Below, piece after piece: positions 62,193 to 64,000 of a DNA stretch of 64,000 nucleotides. The stretch covers positions 220,228 through 284,227 of the forward strand of contig MHCJ01000003.1 of assembly GCA_001816585.1 (NCBI GenBank). The letters run 5' to 3'. The notes under the pieces were generated by a model. That model saw only the letters and a program-made list of their open reading frames with translations, had not been told where the DNA came from and searched no databases. Position 1 is the first letter of the stretch. The number at the start of each line of letters is the position of its first letter. Origin of the DNA: Candidatus Chisholmbacteria bacterium RIFCSPHIGHO2_01_FULL_52_32 (GTDB lineage: Bacteria > Patescibacteriota > Microgenomatia > UBA1400 > Chisholmbacteraceae). Position numbers and translations under genes: made by a program.

Positions 62193-64000
62193 TCATTCAC
62201 TTGTTAATTTAGCAATCGCATCGCGAAGTTTTGCTGCGAGCTCGAAGTTTAAGTGCCTCGCTTCGGCATGCATTGCCTTGGTGAGTTTGTCTTTCAACTG
62301 GTTTTTGTTTTGAGGAGTCAGGGAGTCAACTTCTATGTTATCGAGGCTTACAGAGTGCCATTTTGACAGTTGAATTTGATATCCCTCCCCTTGCTTGGCC
62401 GAAGCTTCCCTTATTAACTTTTCGCGGATTGGTTTTTGTATCGACTTTGGTGTAATGCCATGTTTTTTGTTGAACTCGAGCTGAACGCCGCGTCTTCTTC
62501 GGACCTCTTCAATTGCCCTTTGCATAGATCCGGTAACGCTGTCCGCATACATAATCACTCGTCCATCGAGATGCCTGGCTGCACGGCCCATCGTTTGAAT
62601 GAGTGATGTTTCGGATCGTAGGAATCCTTCTTTATCTGCATCGAGGATAGCTACAAGTGAAACTTCCGGAAGGTCAAGCCCTTCCCTGAGGAGGTTGATG
62701 CCCACAACGACGTCGTATGTTCCCTGCCTAAGATTGTCCAAAATATCGCTTCTTTTGAGTGTCGTGATATCGCTGTGAAGGTAATGAATACGGATTTGGC
62801 GTGTCTCAAGGTATTCCGACAGGGCTTCGGCAGTCCTTTTCGTCAGTGTTGTTACGAGAGTACGCTCTCCCCGGTTCACCCTTTGGCGGATTTCTTTCAG
62901 GAGGTCGTCAATCTGATTTTCCGTCGGCCGGATTTCAATCTCCGGATCAATAAGTCCTGTCGGGCGGATGAGTTGCTCGACCGTTTGGGTGGCGGCGCGT
63001 CGTTCCCAGTCGTTGGGTGTTGCAGAGGTACAGATGATCCGCGGCGTTCTCGAAAGGAATTCGGTAAAGTTCAACGGGCGATTATCGATTGCAGATGGGA
63101 GCCGGAATCCATAATCAACCAGCGTTTGCTTGCGCGACTTATCTCCTTCGTGCATCCCTCGAATTTGGGGGATAGTGATATGGCTTTCGTCGATCATGAC
63201 AAGGAAGTCCGGATCGCAATGAAGGAAATGGTCAAGAAGAGTTTGGGGCGGCTCACCCGGCCTTCTGCCGTCAAAATACCGCGAATAATTCTCGATGCCG
63301 TTAACGTAACCGAACTCCTTAACCATTTCTAAGTCAGCTTGGACACGCTGCTTTAAGCGATGCGCTTCGAGCTGTCTGTCTTCTTGGTTCAGCTGTTTGA
63401 CTCTCTGCCGCAGGTCTTTTTGGATTTCCAGAAAGACTTCCTTGTACGATGCCGGATCGGTTATGTAGTGTTTTGACGGGTAGATGATGACTTTGCCCGG
63501 ATTACTATCTGCTTTGGACTTTGGCTTTGCGCGCGTGAGCGGGTCAAAGGAGGTGATGCTTTGCACGGTATCCATGAGCCACTGGATTCTTAACGCTTTG
63601 TCCTCATATGCCGGCCAAACCTCGGCAGAATCACCCCTGACACGGAATGTCCCTCTTTGGAGTTCGTAATCACTCCGTTCGTATTGGAGTTCAACCAAAC
63701 GGGACAGGATTTCTTTTTGAGGCCTGGTTTCCCCGACCTTGATCTCGAGAATAAACCTTCCGTACTCGATCGGAGAACCGAGATTATAGATACACGATAC
63801 CGAGGCAACGACAATGACGTCTTTCCTCGTCAGAAGGTTTGTTGTAGTTGCGAGCCTTAACCTATCAATTTCCTCATTTATCTCCGTTTCCTTGTCAATG
63901 AAGGTGTCGGTTTGAGGGATGTACGCTTCCGGTTGATAGTAGTCGTAATACGAGACGAAGTAACTGACCGCGTTTTCGGGAAAAAAGTCCCTGAATTCCT
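62193..64000 (-). CDS. uvrB: excinuclease ABC subunit B (5' end beyond the right window edge)
   Basis: The track lists only from an internal TTG at 63698. The same frame stays open to position 64000 and encodes ...VVASVSCIYNLGSPIEYGRFILEIKVGETRPQKEILSRLVELQYERSD, which includes the UvrB VSCIYGLG motif. C-terminal helicase domain and UvrB/UvrC interaction region present. Confidence 0.9.
   Translation of the reverse strand, partial: EFRDFFPENAVSYFVSYYDYYQPEAYIPQTDTFIDKETEINEEIDRLRLATTTNLLTRKDVIVVASVSCIYNLGSPIEYGRFILEIKVGETRPQKEILSRLVELQYERSDYELQRGTFRVRGDSAEVWPAYEDKALRIQWLMDTVQSITSFDPLTRAKPKSKADSNPGKVIIYPSKHYITDPASYKEVFLEIQKDLRQRVKQLNQEDRQLEAHRLKQRVQADLEMVKEFGYVNGIENYSRYFDGRRPGEPPQTLLDHFLHCDPDFLVMIDESHITIPQIRGMHEGDKSRKQTLVDYGFRLPSAIDNRPLNFTEFLSRTPRIICTSATPNDWERRAATQTVEQLIRPTGLIDPEIEIRPTENQIDDLLKEIRQRVNRGERTLVTTLTKRTAEALSEYLETRQIRIHYLHSDITTLKRSDILDNLRQGTYDVVVGINLLREGLDLPEVSLVAILDADKEGFLRSETSLIQTMGRAARHLDGRVIMYADSVTGSMQRAIEEVRRRRGVQLEFNKKHGITPKSIQKPIREKLIREASAKQGEGYQIQLSKWHSVSLDNIEVDSLTPQNKNQLKDKLTKAMHAEARHLNFELAAKLRDAIAKLTSE

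Noticed and set aside
62775-63332. 185-aa plus-strand ORF
   Set aside because: Antisense inside uvrB.

Overview
This 64-kb window is about 50% GC with AT-rich intergenic spacers full of short tandem repeats. By inference from gene content it reads like a small-genome, CPR/Patescibacteria-type bacterium: a compact type IV pilus locus with GspG-like pilins, FemAB and Ddl cell-wall genes, an ACP relic with no fatty-acid synthesis genes nearby, and dense tRNA arrays. Gene order: a partial H+-PPase (minus-strand gene running off the left edge), gyrB and holB. A complete type IV pilus locus follows at 4.5-17.4 kb (pilB, pilT, pilC, two tandem major-pilin paralogs, pilD, five or six minor pilins including one fused to a carbohydrate-binding-like domain, pilM, pilN, pilO). 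Next come khpA, rpsP, rnc, an ACP-like gene, nusB, rpmF and recG. A 3.5-kb compositionally odd island at 21.7-25.2 kb carries hypothetical proteins and a RelB/RelE pair. After it come tyrS, a class A PBP, and the thrS-infC-rpmI-rplT-pheS-pheT block, with a low-GC GxxExxY gene inserted between pheS and pheT. There are 15 tRNA genes in four clusters (Val-GAC, Leu-TAG, Lys, Arg-TCG, Phe, Val-TAC, Leu-GAG, Leu-CAG, Gly-GCC, Gln, Leu-TAA, Pro, Gly-TCC, Arg-TCT, His). Several truncated tRNA-like copies, tRNA 3'-end duplications and an array of acceptor/T-arm minihelix-like repeats accompany them. The rest is trigger factor, cell-wall enzymes (two Ddl-like, FemAB, DegT, two transglutaminase-like), a glycosyltransferase-like membrane protein, a second GspE-like ATPase with small membrane proteins, secG, and uvrC-uvrA-uvrB (uvrB runs off the right edge). 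There is no rRNA and no CRISPR. The most unusual structures are: (1) two tandem promoter / leader-peptide / terminator / perfect-SD / small-ORF units at 36.4-37.5 kb that look like ribosome-mediated attenuators; (2) homologous mini-elements inserted after tRNA-Gly(GCC) and tRNA-Gln that each end in an 18-19-nt copy of the tRNA 3' end; (3) an ACP-like protein whose phosphopantetheinylated serine is replaced by Asp.
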